A DNA stretch of 63,684 bases, filler included, from Klebsormidium nitens (lineage: Eukaryota > Plantae > Klebsormidiophyceae): the NCBI GenBank assembly GCA_000708835.1. It is 3 parts of 3 records of this genome, joined end to end, with 100 filler letters (N's around TTAATTAATTAA, not from the genome) between each part and the next. Parts side by side here need not be neighbours in the genome. Positions count along the whole stretch, not along the records: positions 1 to 31,205 come from DF237761.1; 2 more parts are not named here. One strand, given 5' to 3'. This document shows, piece by piece, positions 1 to 14,000 of this stretch (its first letter is position 1; every line of letters starts with the position of its first letter). The translations under genes were made by a program, and so were the position numbers. The notes below the pieces were generated by a model. It was not told the DNA's origin. It did no database searches and saw only the letters and a list, made by a program, of their open reading frames with translations.

Positions 1-284
1 CGGGTTTGGTTACAAAACTTGTTGACCCGGGTGTAGTATTGCCCACACAAGAAAACGGCAGTAGTGGACTGTGGAAGTGAAGGACGATCAGAAAGTGGGG
101 CGCTTCGGTTGGAAAGGAGGCGTTTGGCAGCAAGCACACGTTGGCAGGGGCAGGGGCAAATCCTGCCAGAAGCGGAGTGACAAAGTTGGTTGGAGCGTAT
201 CAGGAAAAACAGGAAAACGCTTGTAGCGGTTGCCATTCAACGGAAGTTGGGCAGTTAAGGGGGACCTTATCAGCCTGAGGCAGG

Positions 285-3200
285 ATGGCGAAGCAGAAGC
301 GCGAGAAGGCGCCTGCGACACCAGGAAAGACCAAGCATTCCCTGGACGCTTCCAAGAGAGATGGCAAGAAGCCGGACAAGAACCTTCGGACGGCCGCAAC
401 TGTTCGGCGTCTTAAAATGTACAAGACGCGTCCAATCAGGGACAAGAATGGGAAGTTGGTGTATGAGGAGTTGCAGTCGAAGGCCCTTCCGTCAACCAGG
501 ATACAGGGTGACAGGCGGTGGTTTGGTGAGCGGTTGACTTTCTGCTGTTCTGATCTGACGTTGTAAGACCATTACCATTTCAGCCCTGAGGTGGTTGATC
601 TTTTGAGTCACTCTGTTTTTCAGACAGAGTTTTAACGATGACAGTGGTGTTTACGCAATGATTGACAATCCAAAATTGTTATCCATTGATTCATCATCAC
701 CTGCGATTGTCTGGGTGGTATGCTATCTACTTCTTTGGAGTGTGTTCTGATTGTCGAAGTCTTTGATATGAGGAGTCTCTCCTTGTGTGTCTACTGCAGT
801 ATATTGCAAATGGCTGGGTCCATTTGCAATTCTCCTTTTGCCATCAAGGTTGAATCGTCAATCTGTGATGACCAAAACCCTTAAGCGACAAAAATTCATT
901 GCACACCACCAATAATGTACTGAAAATCGTCCATCAGTAGTTTCAGAGTGCCTCGCTGCAGCCAGTACGGAGCACATTGTTGCTTGTGAATCACTTTATC
1001 TTTGTGAAAAACAGAGTGGTCGGTGTGCCCAGCATTGTTTCACCAGATCAGTCGGAGTGAAGCTGCCTCGCATTGCATTGCGCAGGGAACACCCGCGTGA
1101 TTGGCCAGAAGGAGCTGGAGCAGTTCCGGGAGGAGATGACCACAAAAGCGGGGGACGCTTATACGGTGCTGCTGAAGGACCGGAAGCTGCCGATGGCGCT
1201 CCTGTCAGACAACCAAAAGGTGAGAATAGCCGCCTGGAAGGAGCGAGCAGCGCAAGAATTGCAGAGTTGGTTGTTGCCCCTCCTTAGGGGTGTGACCGAG
1301 GGGGCAGATTGTTGTATGCAAGGGTTCGTGCTTATAGCTTTTTTTTAGAGGCTCTCTTCTCTTCCCGCACTTTAAGCCGAGAACCAGATGATATGTTGGA
1401 GACCTGCCATGACGGAGATTAGTAAACGTCAGAGAGGCGCCTTTGAAAGTCAGGTCCAATTGTAACTTGAGTACCATGATTTATTTGTTCACTTTTATCG
1501 GTTATTCTGAGAGCTGCAGACTTATCCATATATAGGTCAGCTTCCTGTATAAGAATAAGTGCCGTTCTGAATCGAGTGTTCTTGGCTTGTTATTCAGGGT
1601 GAATTTTTGTGGCCTTTGTTTCAACTACGGAAGAGACGCTTGTTTCAACTTACGGAAGAGACCAGATTGCTATTGCCTTGCAAGCCTTTTTGAGGGCATC
1701 CTCTCCTCTTCTTCGATTCTTTAGTACTTAATTACAAAAGTCCTTTGCGCACACCCATGAAAAGATGTCAGACTTTAGATTAGCCCCTCATGGTCAACTT
1801 TTGGCTTTTCTTTCAGACCTCCCGCGTGAAGCTCCTGGGCACAGAGCCGTTCGGCGACGCCTTCGGGCCCAAGTCGACACGCAAGCGGCCCCGTCTCCAA
1901 GTCAGTGACTACGGTGCCATGGTAGACAAAGCGGCCGAGGTTGCAGACACGCACCTCGAGAAAGCGGAATTGGACTTTGCAGAGGCGCATCGGACAGGTG
2001 CCGACGAAGGGGTCAGGTCGGAGGTTAGGGATAACATGTTTCTCAAGGGGCAGAGCAAGCGCATTTGGGGGGAGCTGTTCAAGGTGCTGGACTCGTCGGA
2101 CGTGGTTATCCAGGTGAGGTTAAGCAGTGGCTTCGTAACTTATGCAGGCGATGCTTTGGAGTAGGCTCTTTGTGACGCCTCTAAGTGCAGTTGTCTTATT
2201 ATACAAACGAATAAACAACGCTGGTTGAGACCAAGCACCTGTGATTGCCATCTTGCTGACTCTGATATTTGCTCTTCTTCATCCGTTAGGGAGATAACAG
2301 AAACACTAAGGATATTGTGCCAGGTGTGGAGGGCCACACACTCTCTTGGCCATGTCATTGGCATTGTCGTTCATGTGGGGGACCCTTTGTCAGATCTATT
2401 GGAGTAGCATCTGACTTCACAGACTTGACCCCTGGATCAAGTCCTGGATCATGTCAACGAGTCAATTGACGCAATGACCAAGTTGACTTGTGCTGTTGAT
2501 GGCTCGAGGCAGAAGCACCCAAGAGGAACGTGTTGCGGAAACGTGCTCGATAGGACGTAAGAATAGGAAGTCGACAAATTCGGGATCAACTAACTAGATC
2601 GGGGTTACCAGGTGATTGACGCGCGTGATCCGATGGGCACCCGGTGCAAGTTCCTGGAGCACCACCTGAAGAAGAACGCGACGCACAAGCACCTGCTGCT
2701 GCTGCTCAACAAGTGCGACCTCGTCCCTGCGTGGGTCACCAAGGGCTGGCTGCGTGTCCTCTCGCGCGAGTACCCCACGCTCGCGTTCCACGCTAGTGTC
2801 ACCAACCCCTTCGGAAAGGTGGGTGCGTTATTATTTGGGTATGGTTGGCTGTGGTGATGTGTGGAAAAAAGCTGCTTTTCTGGTTTTTTTATTCGAGACG
2901 GGCGTCTTTGTGCTGAGTAGCACAAGAAAGTCACAGAACGACACGTTGGCCGAGCTGGATACTGAAGACGCCTTTTTTCCTTTGCATGGTTCTAGCATAT
3001 CGTGGTCTCCCGGCGACCTTCATCTTCCTTCTTTGGTTGATCATCGCTTCTGGCACCCGCTACTCTTTAGGAATGCGTTCTCCAGAGGATCAAACGTTCT
3101 TTGTGTTGTTTGCCGGACACTCGCTTCTGACTCCACGTTGCCTTTTCCACGACTCGTATTGGCTCTGTGGACCACTTTGTTTGGATCTGAACTGCTAGTT

Positions 3201-6200
3201 TCGCCTCCCGATTGAGGTCGAGCTCTTCTTGTGTAGTCTTGTCTTTACCCCTCCCTTGCGCTCATGCTCTGTCCCATCGCAGTGCTTCCTGTCTTTCGCT
3301 CCATCAATGGCTAACCGTCCTTGCATCCACCGCTGAATGCAAAACACCCTACTCACCTGCCGCTGACCCTCTGCTTCGAGCTTCCAACTACCAAGACGGA
3401 TGGATTGTTCTTCTTGTCCAGTTCCCTGCTCACCCCGTCGCTCTGTCTCTATCTTTGCAGGGCTCCCTGCTGTCGCTGCTGCGCCAGCTGGCGCGTCTTA
3501 AGAGCGACCGCCAGGCTATCTCGGTGGGCTTCGTGGGCTACCCGAACGTCGGCAAGTCGTCCGTCATCAACACGCTGCGAACCAAGAAGGTGCGCTTTTT
3601 ATCACGCTGAGGTTGCAGTTCGATTCTATGTACGAATTAAGAGGTGAACACTTCTGGATTGGGACTGTGGATGATCTCATGAAGGATTCAAAAATGGGAG
3701 GTGCGCAACGTAATTGTCGGGGCCTCTAAAATCGCAAGGCCGTTCGATCAAAATACGGATCGGACGCTTCAGAATGCACAAAAGGTCTAAAACTGGTCTA
3801 CGCCAGCGAGCATGCACGCAATGTGGCCGGCCACATTTTCAGTCCGTTCGATGAATATAACATCGACGATGCTGAAATACTCTTAATCTGGCCGATGCAT
3901 CGAAGCCTTCAATAACGATCGGACGGCTGTGCGATTTTAGAGTCCCTCTTTTGCCTGAGCGACATCTACGCGGCGCTCCTACTGAAAAGGTAAACCCTCA
4001 CTGATTCGACGAAGACGTCTTGATGGAGGGGTTTTGAGAACTTCAGGATCTGGGGTCGTTGTGGAAGAGATTCAAGCGCACCTGTCTTAGATTCACTTGG
4101 CTCCTGAGCTTGTTAGGTTCACGAGTTGCACGAATCTAAGCAAGATCCCCAGTGAATGGGTCGCCGGAGGCATTGGTTGAAACGGCAGAATTTGGTGATT
4201 GTTTGGAACGGTTTTTTGTATGTAGATTCGCCGGAGTTGGGGTTGGCTTCTTTTGTACGTATTCCCTTACATCCCTGCCCGTCGGTAGTTCCTTCTTTCA
4301 AACATCTGGAAGCTCAACTCTGATTTTGAGCCATATCCTCATGAGCCTCATCCCTACATACACACGGTCGTCTTGACTCCGCTCGTAAACCAGCAGATGT
4401 GCGGTCGAAGCACACTGCATGGTGCGGCAATTCGGTCAAGCATTGCAGGGGATGCGCATTCCGACACTCCTGTGTAAGCGACGCATTTGATAAACTCATC
4501 CCCCTTTTGATGGACGTACATTTACTGCTTGCGATCTTGTCCGCTTAGCGTCCAATTCGAAGTTTAACCGTACTCGACTTCAGCCCAACCCGAGTTTAAT
4601 CACCCGAGCCTACCTTAACCTACCCCAGATCTAACCTAACCCGGTTTTTTGTGTCCAGGTGTGCAAGGTGGCGCCCATTCCCGGGGAGACCAAGGTGTGG
4701 CAGTACATCACGCTGATGAAGCGCATCAACCTGATTGACTGCCCAGGGATTGTGTACCAATCCAACGACACCGACACCGACATCGTCCTGAAGGGAGTGG
4801 TAAGTTGCGCTTCTTCGGCGCTCGGCTTGGGTTTGTTGCGGCTTCGTTCCGGTCTCGTCGATCCGTTTGCTTTACTTCTCATTGCCCTGCCCAAATTTGA
4901 CTCACGAGTCTTCCTGTCAGTCTTGCCAGTACTTTACAGATTTTCGGGAGTCTGCCAAACTTGCTCTACTACTGGAAGAGTGCCGTCTGTCAATCGCATC
5001 CGCATCACTCAATTCGACACGGGAAACATCTGCTTTTCTGTTCCTCGATGGTGTTACGTGTCAAAATAATCCCACTTTTTGGGGGAGTGATTGTTGCGGA
5101 TGGCGTCAGGCTGAGCACGTCACGCAGGCACCCGTTGACCTCCTCAAAAGACATTGATTGAGTCATGTGTTCAGGCGTCTGGACACTGCATCTCTAGACC
5201 CTCAGGTCCATGCGGTGTCAGGCGAGACCAATACGCACACGCTCTTTCAACTCCTATAAGACATGGATCCATTTCCCATAACCTAGAATCGTCAAATTCA
5301 CTATGTCTAAACCCAGATCCTTCAAACCCTCAGGTCCGCGTGGGCAACTTGTCGGAGCCGGCAGAGCATGTGGCCGAGGTTCTCCGGCGGATCAAGCCCG
5401 AGTACTTGCGCCGGGCGTATCACATCGCGGACTGGGTCGACGATCTCGACTTCCTAACCCAGCTGGCAAAGCAAACCGGGAAGCTCGGAAAGGGGGGGGA
5501 GCCGGACGTGCAAACCGCGGCCAAGATGGTTCTCTTCGACTGGCAGCGCGGGAAGATTCCCTTCTTTACCCCCCCACCGAAGGACGAGGAGTTTCTGGCG
5601 CGCGCGGGGGTGGAGGCGGAGGGGGGAAACGGCCCCCCCGGAGAGGAGGCCCCGTTGGTGGTGCGGCAGAGTCTGCAGAAGGTGCCGGTGCAGGCGGAGA
5701 TGTTCGACGAGGACGATAACAGGGCCCAGGATGGAGCGGAGGAGGACGAGGGCGAGCAAGAGGAGGAAGAAGGTACGGCGAAGGTTCGACTTTGGAGTCA
5801 GTCGTCAGGTGTTGGAAGTTGGAACAAGGAAGGCCGAGTGCTTTCTTGTAGAGTTGTTGCAGTGGATTAGAGAGGGGTGTATTCTGGGGTGCGGTCTCTT
5901 GCCGGAAGCTTTGGGTCTGTCTGTTTCTTACCCTACTCGCCCTGTCTTTGCACAAAATTTTTGCACCGGCCTTTGCACCGGCTTGGTATAGTTACTGATG
6001 TTCAAGCGGCAGAGGCGACGCTTTGAGTTGGCTGGGCAAAGCTGCTCCTTAATGCTGCGGAGTGTGCATGAAAGTCCAAAAGCACGTCGTACGCTAGATT
6101 TGGAGAAATAGTGATTGCTCTGACTGGTCCCATTGACAGCAAGTCTCCTCTGTTTGATGCCTCGTATGATGGTTCGGATGTCTTTTGGATGAAGTCAATG

Positions 6201-6802
6201 GGATGGGAACTCTGACGGGGGTACTTCTTGGCTCCTCAGACTGCCTTGTATATTCGCGGGGTTCCCTGGTAGAGCTGCTTGTTAGCTGTCTGACTAACGC
6301 CTTCGCCTGCGTTTCTGCAGAAGACGATGAGAGCGTCGAGGCTGATGGGGAGGACGAGGAGGGGAGCGACGAGGAGGGTCAGGCCGAGGGTTACGACGAG
6401 GGGTTAGAAGGGGGTTACGAAGAAGCTCTAGAAGCTGACAGTGGCGGGGATGAAGGCATAGCGGGTGTGGCGGAGCCAAGCACGTCGGGGCGGTCTGCCG
6501 AGAGCACCAGGGTTAAGGAGAAGGGCGCTTCGAAGAAGGGAAAGAGGAAACGGGTCAGCGAGGGGGTTAGCGATGACGAGGAGCTGACCTGGGAGGAAGT
6601 GCTGGCCAGCGTGCAAGCGCAGGTGGGGTTGGTGCCGGGTCAAGATGACGTCACTACAAAGTCAAACGGGGAGGACGAAGAAGATACGGTGGTGAAGGGT
6701 AAGGGGAAAAGGGAGGAGCCTTACTCGGCCAAGGGAAAAGGGGAGGTCCGACGGGTAGGGCGGACTTCGAAAAAGCTGAAAAAGTCGAAAAGAAACGAAT
6801 GA
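285..6802 (+). CDS. NOG2: Nucleolar GTP-binding protein 2 (circularly permuted GTPase, NOG2/NUG2/GNL2 family), 8 exons
   Basis: Exons joined in phase at GT-AG sites: 285-525, 1086-1219, 1817-2113, 2612-2818, 3461-3589, 4659-4799, 5334-5772, 6321-6802. Motifs: NGP1NT N-terminus (RRLKMYK, RRWFGNTRVI), [26 protein letters not shown] (G4), GYPNVGKSS (G1), [12 protein letters not shown] (G3), GGEPD, acidic C-terminal tail. The last exon could alternatively splice at 6621. Confidence 0.95.
3720..3946. mobile_element. MITE-like element (227 bp) in NOG2 intron 5
   Basis: 30-bp imperfect terminal inverted repeats at 3720-3749 and 3917-3946 (26/30 match). Perfect 18-bp palindrome AATGTGGCCGGCCACATT at 3820-3837 near the centre. 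No ORF and no clear target-site duplication. Confidence 0.7.
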
Positions 6803-7564
6803 AACGAAGATCTTTGAAACGACTTCGAACCTTTCTTATTTGAAAGTGGGGCTGGCAATCTTGGAAACTTGTTCGACAGCTGGATGTTCGACTTTCAAAG
6901 GCTGTAGCCACATGGGCCTTAAAGTTCAAAGCAAACACGACCATCGACAGTTGGATCCTGAATGTCGTTAACGTTATCATGGCTCGATATTGCGTCAATC
7001 TGCATTGAACACCGTGTTGGATCAGTATAGCTTGCAGAGGATGATTAGAGCTAGCATGCTTTGTTGCATATGTACCGCGGGGTTGGCTTTGCATGCAAAA
7101 ACTTGTGTGACGCTAGCCACATTATAATCGTGGTCCATGTATGTGCACTTTATGAAATGTCGGCATGGCAATGTTGTGGCCAGATCATGATGATTCAGCT
7201 ATCGTCAGTGCAACACTGTTGTGCCACTAAACATTTAAGCCGGAGCTTGACAGGTGCATTGATCGATCATTCAGCAATGTGAGTGCTGGCAAGGTACAAC
7301 AATCCTTTTACTACTTATCTAAGACCAAGAGTCTGAAAACTCGAATCAATGATTGTTCTCCTATAAAAGTATCCCTGCAAGATCCACCTGGCCCCGCTGT
7401 TTAGCTAAGAGCGTGTCTCATGGCCAACTACGCGTAAGGACTCTTTGTCTGAACGTATCAAACCCAGGGGAGGACTGGCTTTCATACAAGAGCTTTTTGA
7501 AACAAAAACATGCAAATTCACAGCAAAACATGCAATCGATCAAGCACTGGCTTGAATGCAGCAA

Positions 7565-9474
7565 TCATGCAATTTGAAAGTGCACGATCTCTCCATAAAC
7601 TCGCTCTCTATATCTTGTGTCAAAATTTCCGACTGTTTGAAGGCACATGTGCATTGATGAGGATCGGACCACATGTTTCTCGTACCTAAAGAACATGTAT
7701 AAAAGGGGACGTCGATCGTACACCAAATCGTCCCGCCAGCGCTGCGAGGTTGCCTCTGTCAGATGCTTGGGATTGAAGAGCTCAATCACAGCATCGACAA
7801 AGTGGTCGAGTCCCTAATCGGGTACATCACCCGCAGCCCCTAGGCGCCCCGAGTATATGGTCCGAGCGAGGTACTGGTAATGAAGCTTCGATGGCAAGCT
7901 GTACGACGTTGTCGTCCCGATGAGTTGGCCCATCCGGACCAGCTCATTGGCAGCATCTTCTTCATCATTTGTCAATTGTTCTCTTGACACCTGCAAGTTG
8001 ATGTCTTCCACAAGCTTCCTAGCTAGGGATCTTGCAGCTTCACGGTTTGGTGAATAGTTCCTTTGAAGTAGAGTTTTCCTCATGCTTTCCAAGCTCCCGA
8101 GAGAGTCTAGAGTGTTGAAAAATTCAGGCGACAAGAGAAAGCCCGTGACCGCAGCCCGCCACTCCGGCTCCGTCTTCCGCCCCGTCCACAGGCCCATCAA
8201 TGAGATGCGTTCAAGAACTCGGGAAAGCGTGCCTGGCTGCCGCTCCGTCGTGCGCATGATCCACTTCTGAATGTTGGTCGTGTTGTAGCCCTGCCGACTG
8301 TTTGCGCGCAGCCATCCATCCCACAACTCATCCGCCTCGTGCGTGGTGTATTGGAGGCTGGGGAGCTCGGAAGTGGGGTTCGGCCACAGACTTATAGTGT
8401 TGGCATCGCTCCAACTCCCAGGTGTCTCTACAGACCTCCCCCCGATGAGCACCTGGTTACTACCCCATGACGAAACCAGGATCACTTTTGTGCACATCTC
8501 CCTCTTGCCAGACTGGGCGGATTTGATGTAGCTGAACAGGGGTAAGGGCTGATCGAACGCTGCCTCACCATCGTCAACTAGAAGAAGTGTCCTCCTTCCT
8601 ACCGCCTCTGTCTCGTTATAAGCCTCCCACAGCTCCCCAAAATCCACCTCTTTGTTCCCCGCCCGCCAGACCTCGTCAAAAGTTATCCGGCGCCCGTCTA
8701 CAGTTTTCCCCACGTTTCCAAGACTCACGTAGTAGACTCGGTCAAAATCGGGGGAGAGCCCTTGGCCGACATGGTCTGCGAGCAGCTGCAGCATGGAAGT
8801 CTTCCCGGACTCGGGCGGTGCTCGAATCAGGAGGGCACCTGCCACCACCAGCCTGGGACGCAAGGATGCGGACACACGTGATGGTTCTCTGAGTGTAGAT
8901 TCCCAGTGCCTTCTTCAGGTTGACGCCGTCCATTGCGGCACCGATAGAGAAAACTGGGCTAGGGGGGGCTGGACGACAGACCTTGGCTGGCGCTTCTCTT
9001 GAACGTGTACATGCCGGGGGGCAGGACAGCAGTAATACTAGGCGCAGCGTAACCAGTCCCGCTTTCAGGACTCCACGACCATACTCCTCCTTCAACAGCT
9101 CGATGACTTCCTGACGAGTCACTGAGACCATCAGAGGAGCGGAAGAGTGTGGCGGCCTGATCAGGCTCAATGTTCACCAGAATGTCCGCCTGCTGAGGAG
9201 CCTCCTGCGTCGGATTAGCCACCTCTGGTTCCAAGTCGGACGAGCTATGCGGATCGGGCGCCGCCGCCGCCGCCGCTGCCCTGGTGTGTCTGTCGGCCAG
9301 TGCGCTCCCCGGAGTGGATTCTTGAGTTCTCCAGATGCGGCTCTGCGTCAGCTTGAGATACTGCGGTGCAGCGACGGTGACGGGGATGTCATTCTTGAAA
9401 TCCCAATGGAAGGTTTGCGAAGCGGAAGCACTCAGGCCCACGGGGACCCTCACAACCCTGCCAGCAGCAGCCAT
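7565..9474 (-). pseudogene. Degenerate P-loop NTPase gene resembling Crinkler/CR-type effector NTPases
   Basis: ORF 7814-8875 has a Walker A (LLIRAPPESGKT) and a Walker B (TLLLVDDGE). An in-frame TAG at 7814-7816 is followed by same-frame continuation (GLDHFVDAVIELFNPKHL, ORF 7565-7789). The N-terminal segments (MAAAGRVVRV at 9474; VTRQEVIELLKEEYGRGVLK; LPPGMYTF) lie in different frames, implying frameshifts. The family assignment is by motif resemblance only. Confidence 0.55.
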
Positions 9475-11081
9475 GCTTTGAGTCCGTCTGCGGAAAGCAA
9501 AAAGGTGAAGTTGAACTTGAACAAAAGTAGGGCGGCAATAATACTGAACTTCTCGGCACACGTTGTCCATAGAATCGGTCCATATTCTACATAAATGCGC
9601 GTTTATCGTCGAAACGCCGGATTGGATGCCGCGCGGGCGGGCTATTTTGCATTTTCAATAGCGACGTACAGAATTTAGTGACGGATCGTACCTCACGTCA
9701 ATTCTGTCAAACAGAATCTACGGCCATTTTCAGACGCCGTCGAAATTTCCTCCCCGGGGAACTTCATCAGAGCGACTGTCTCGGTGTGTTCTACACTCAG
9801 AAAGTCGCTGCATTTCAAGACCCGGGGGAAGAAGACAGAAGTAGATTTGATATCTTGGAATTTTTCAGTTACGTACTCGGGTTTACTAACGATCGGTGTA
9901 CCGGTGATCGCTGTTGACCTAGTCGTCAATCCCGGTTGATTCTATCACGCTAGCCGGTCATGCAAAATCCTACAACAAAGACTCCGGCGGTGGTAGTTAG
10001 CCTCGGTACTTCGTTCCACGCTTCTGGCAACCTTGGTGCCCGGCGATCTGTAGGCGAAGTTCAGTATCACCTCGTAGATTAGTTGCTACCTGAACAAATG
10101 ACTGCATACCGCTACCTATTCAGCTGCAGTACATCCGGAACGTCCGTCCATACCTACTAACTCCGTACTAACTCGGAAATCTGGACTCGAAAGTTGCCTG
10201 AGGCTAAACCGGAACTTAGCGATCAGCTAGCTGGCTGCTGAAGGCTAGCTGGCAATGATGATGGGCGGCCGCGGCCGCGGGCCCGGTTTAAGTCCGACAT
10301 CATCGCGTGCATACATGGCGCGATATGACGTCATGGCAATGATGACGCCCGCGCATATCATCTGTCTAGTAACTACACAATCAGGTCGTCGAAAACCCGA
10401 AACTGTGATTCGTGAAACAACAAAAACAAGGAAGGGCTTTGCCCTGCGGCTTGCACCCGGGGATGAGCCGGGCGGGTAGGTTAGCACTAACCCTCCCGAC
10501 TGCGGACTGATGCAACTGATCGGTACGACTAGTACGGAGCCGTTAGGTAGGTACCAAGACTCAGTCCTGGAGACCAAAGTTTCAACTTCGTTCCGAAAGT
10601 CGATTTGCCAAGCTCCCAGGCCGACTGTTCCCAGTTCATCCGGGGAACCCTGGCTGCTCGATCACCAGACTCGAAATAATCCACGACTTGTTGGGCATTC
10701 TGCTGAAGCCCCTCGGTTGAGTCGGCCGGGTCGCAACTTTGTCAGTTGCTGTTTGCCTGCTGCTCGTGTCGAACACTACGATCTATGACGGTACGTACCG
10801 TACCTCCTCAGAACATACGGTACCTGGCTAGAACTTACAGTCCACCGAATGTCTAGCATGGAGGAAACACTCCAAATTCCAGTCTGAGTACGTGCAGGCA
10901 GCAGCACAGGTGCCTGCATCATCATGAGCGCAGCGTAAGTATCTAGACTCAGCTTACTACCTAGCTACCTTACAGTTTTAGCGTCATACGGTAGCTTCAT
11001 TTTGCTTTTGCTTGAGCAAAGAGTCTCTAGACGATTGAGCAGCTTACTTTGCACCAGGGTAGCTGTGTCAGCGAGAGTATC

Positions 11082-14000
11082 ATGGCGCAGGGAGCAGGCT
11101 CGGCGTTGGGTGACCCGCCTCACAAACGGACTGCGAATGGCGTAAACGGCAGTGCAACTCGCGCCTCTGCACCTTCTTTGCCCGCTGAAGTTGTGGGGAA
11201 GATTCTGTCGCTTACGGGGGAGAATGCGACCTTCATAGCAAGGGTGGCGGTGCTTGGGCGTGCTTGGCGTGACGCGGTGGAATGGCTGGACCATCTAGGT
11301 AAGTAAAAGTTGCAGGCTTGCTTTCTTTACGATTGCCTCGTTGAGACCAGAGTCCCTCACTGGAAGGAGAGTTCCAGATTGACTTGATGCTCCTGTTCAT
11401 CAGAATGCACAGATGAAAAGCTGTTCGGCTGAAGAAGGTGCAGCATTCCCATTGCTACTGACAACTAGCTGGGTGAAAGTAGCTCTGTGTCAGTTTGCCA
11501 GAGCTCAACGCTTCCTGCAAAGTTGCTAACATTTTATGTGCACCATGAGAGGCCAAGTATTCAAGAGGCACCTTGGAAAAGTGTCTCCGCTCACCCCAGA
11601 AATTTGTGAGTCTGTATTGAATGTCTCCCCTGTCGACTGACAGCCCTCCCTGTGTCCTGCCAGACGTTCGCTTACACGAGACTTCCATATTGGAGCGGTC
11701 AGCCAAATCGCAGGCGGGAGTGACGCGCCTCATTCTGCGGGCCCGAAGGCTCCAGATTCTTGACCTTGAGTTCACGCACTCCCAAAATTCGGAGGAGGAC
11801 CTCACCCTGACCAACCACAGCGCGACACCTGTCGCTGTCCTTGAGCCAAGCACTCTCGCAAAGTGGATCAATCACACCAAGCCGAGCCTGCTGCAACTCG
11901 CGGTCGCTGTGACAACCTCACGCAACCCTATTGTAAACGAGGCAGCTCTGGTGGAGACCATTCTCATCCACACCCGCGGTGCCACCAAGCTCAATAAGCT
12001 ATGGCTCCATAACCTGGACCTCGACCTCCCGACAATCCAGGGGGCCCCCCAGGGCACGTTTCCCATCATGGCGGCGTCGCTGAAACCGCGCCGTATGTCG
12101 CAAGTGTTTGTGGAGCACTTCTTAGCGCAGAGCCCGAAGCTCCTTTTCATGAACGTGGACCTCGCTACCGAGGAGCAGGAACTCACGTTCACCTCCGACC
12201 GGCTCCAGCGGTTAGCGATAACCATCCTCGCCGGAACCCGTGTCAACTCGCTGACGGTCAACATGCCGGCACTGATGCGGCTGAAGGTGGAGTCGCCGTA
12301 CCCGTTTGGCCCGCTGCACGCCCCCCTCTGCACGAAGCTCTCGCACCTCAATGTGCGGGTGTTCTCTCCTGGGCCGGAAGTTGAGGACAAGTTCCGGGTC
12401 AACCTCGCGCCCGAGCTGCGCGAGCTGCAGGGCGCGACGTTCCACCTGCCGAATTGCTCGTGGGAGCGCGTGAAGGCAATGGTCGGCCATGCGCCGAGCG
12501 TGCAGCACGTCGCGTTCACGCGCTCGATGGACTCGGTGCTTTCGCGGATGGACCTGGAGGTTGAGGGAATGATCCGGATGTTCCCGCGCCTAGTTAGCGC
12601 GTACTTTGGCGAGGCGATCTTCTGCGACATGATGGGGCAGGGGGGGGGGGAGAACTGGCGGGGGGAGGCGAAGTGGCGCGACATGCAGGCGATGCGGGTG
12701 GTTACAACGACGACGAGCAGGGAGTTTGTGATTGCGATCGCAAAGCTGCTGCGCAAGTGCCCGAAACTGATGGTGCTCGAGATCGCGCGGCCGTACGGGT
12801 GTGAGGAGGACCGTGTGGCCGCCGCCGTCGCTGGTACGTACCTTTCTTTCTGCTTCTCTCTGAAAATGCTCTGTTGCTTACATTCTTTTTGCAACCTTCT
12901 CACTGCATTTGCTGTCTGACATTCTGGCCACGGAGAACGACTTAGTAGAGCGAGGAAGCTGGCTGGCTCATTTGTCAAAAACATACTGCAATGGAGGTCT
13001 AGGAAAGTGTTTTACTCCTCTCTGGAGTGTGTCAATTGCTGGGTTGCAGAAAGCAGTCCGCTGGTTCTCAGGACCAAATTGTCCCGCTTCGCCCCCTGGA
13101 TTCAAAAGCAATGGAAGACTGTCCTGGCACTGGAAATCTGAACTGACTGTTTAGGAGTGCCTGCTCCACTTCGCAGCTTTGATTAAGCCCCTTTCCTCTG
13201 CTCTTTCATGAAGTTGGAGGCACTTTGACGCTCCCTCTCTCGATGACGTGGGGAAGCCAACTCGCTGCTAATGGACATTCCCTCTGAGCTGTCCTGGTGG
13301 TTTTCTTCTCCTGTTTGACTAAGATAAGGGTTGAAGTGGTCAAGCGGAGCTTACAGTCCCTTCGCAACGATTGCAATTCCAAACACAGTAGGTTCGTTCG
13401 TGTTATGTCGGGGTTTGGGTCAACTGGTGAAGATGGTCAAATTAACCTCGTAGTGTCATGAACCTTTTGCCCCGCTGCTGTAGCTAGAGCCAGGGGTCAT
13501 TGCCAAGGTTGGTGAACTGCTTGTCAGGGCAGGCAGTCCGGAGCTGCTTGCTGCAAGACCGTGCTGCACCGACTGCTGGATTCCAAACCCTTGATATGTA
13601 AACAATTTATTGCAACTTGACAAGAGGGCCTGTACCTTTGTTGGAGGAACAGACACCTTTCAGCAGTGCAGGAGGCAGTGCAGGAGACAGTTGTTTTTAT
13701 CAGAAGCTTCAACCGAAGCTTCTCGTCCTTTCCTGCACATTGTTAGTGTTGGGTCTTCATGAAAACACAGTACTAACAACGGATGTCAGGAGTTGATCAG
13801 AAGAGTTGGACAGTTAGAAAAGTATTGAGTGCGCTGGCTTTTGCGTGCGGGTGTTCCTGCCTGGCCTGTTCACTGCTGTCAAAGCTTACGGTTACTGTTA
13901 TCATTGGCATCATGAAGTCCGCTTTTGACCCGTTCTCAACGAGCGTAAGAGTTCAATGAAGCAGTTTGCCCGGAACTTGGGGCCCTTACTGCTGCTGCCT

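Noticed and set aside
4575-4645. AACC/CTAACC repeats resembling telomere sequence
   Set aside because: Too short and irregular, and located at an intron 3' end where CTAAC branch-point motifs are expected.
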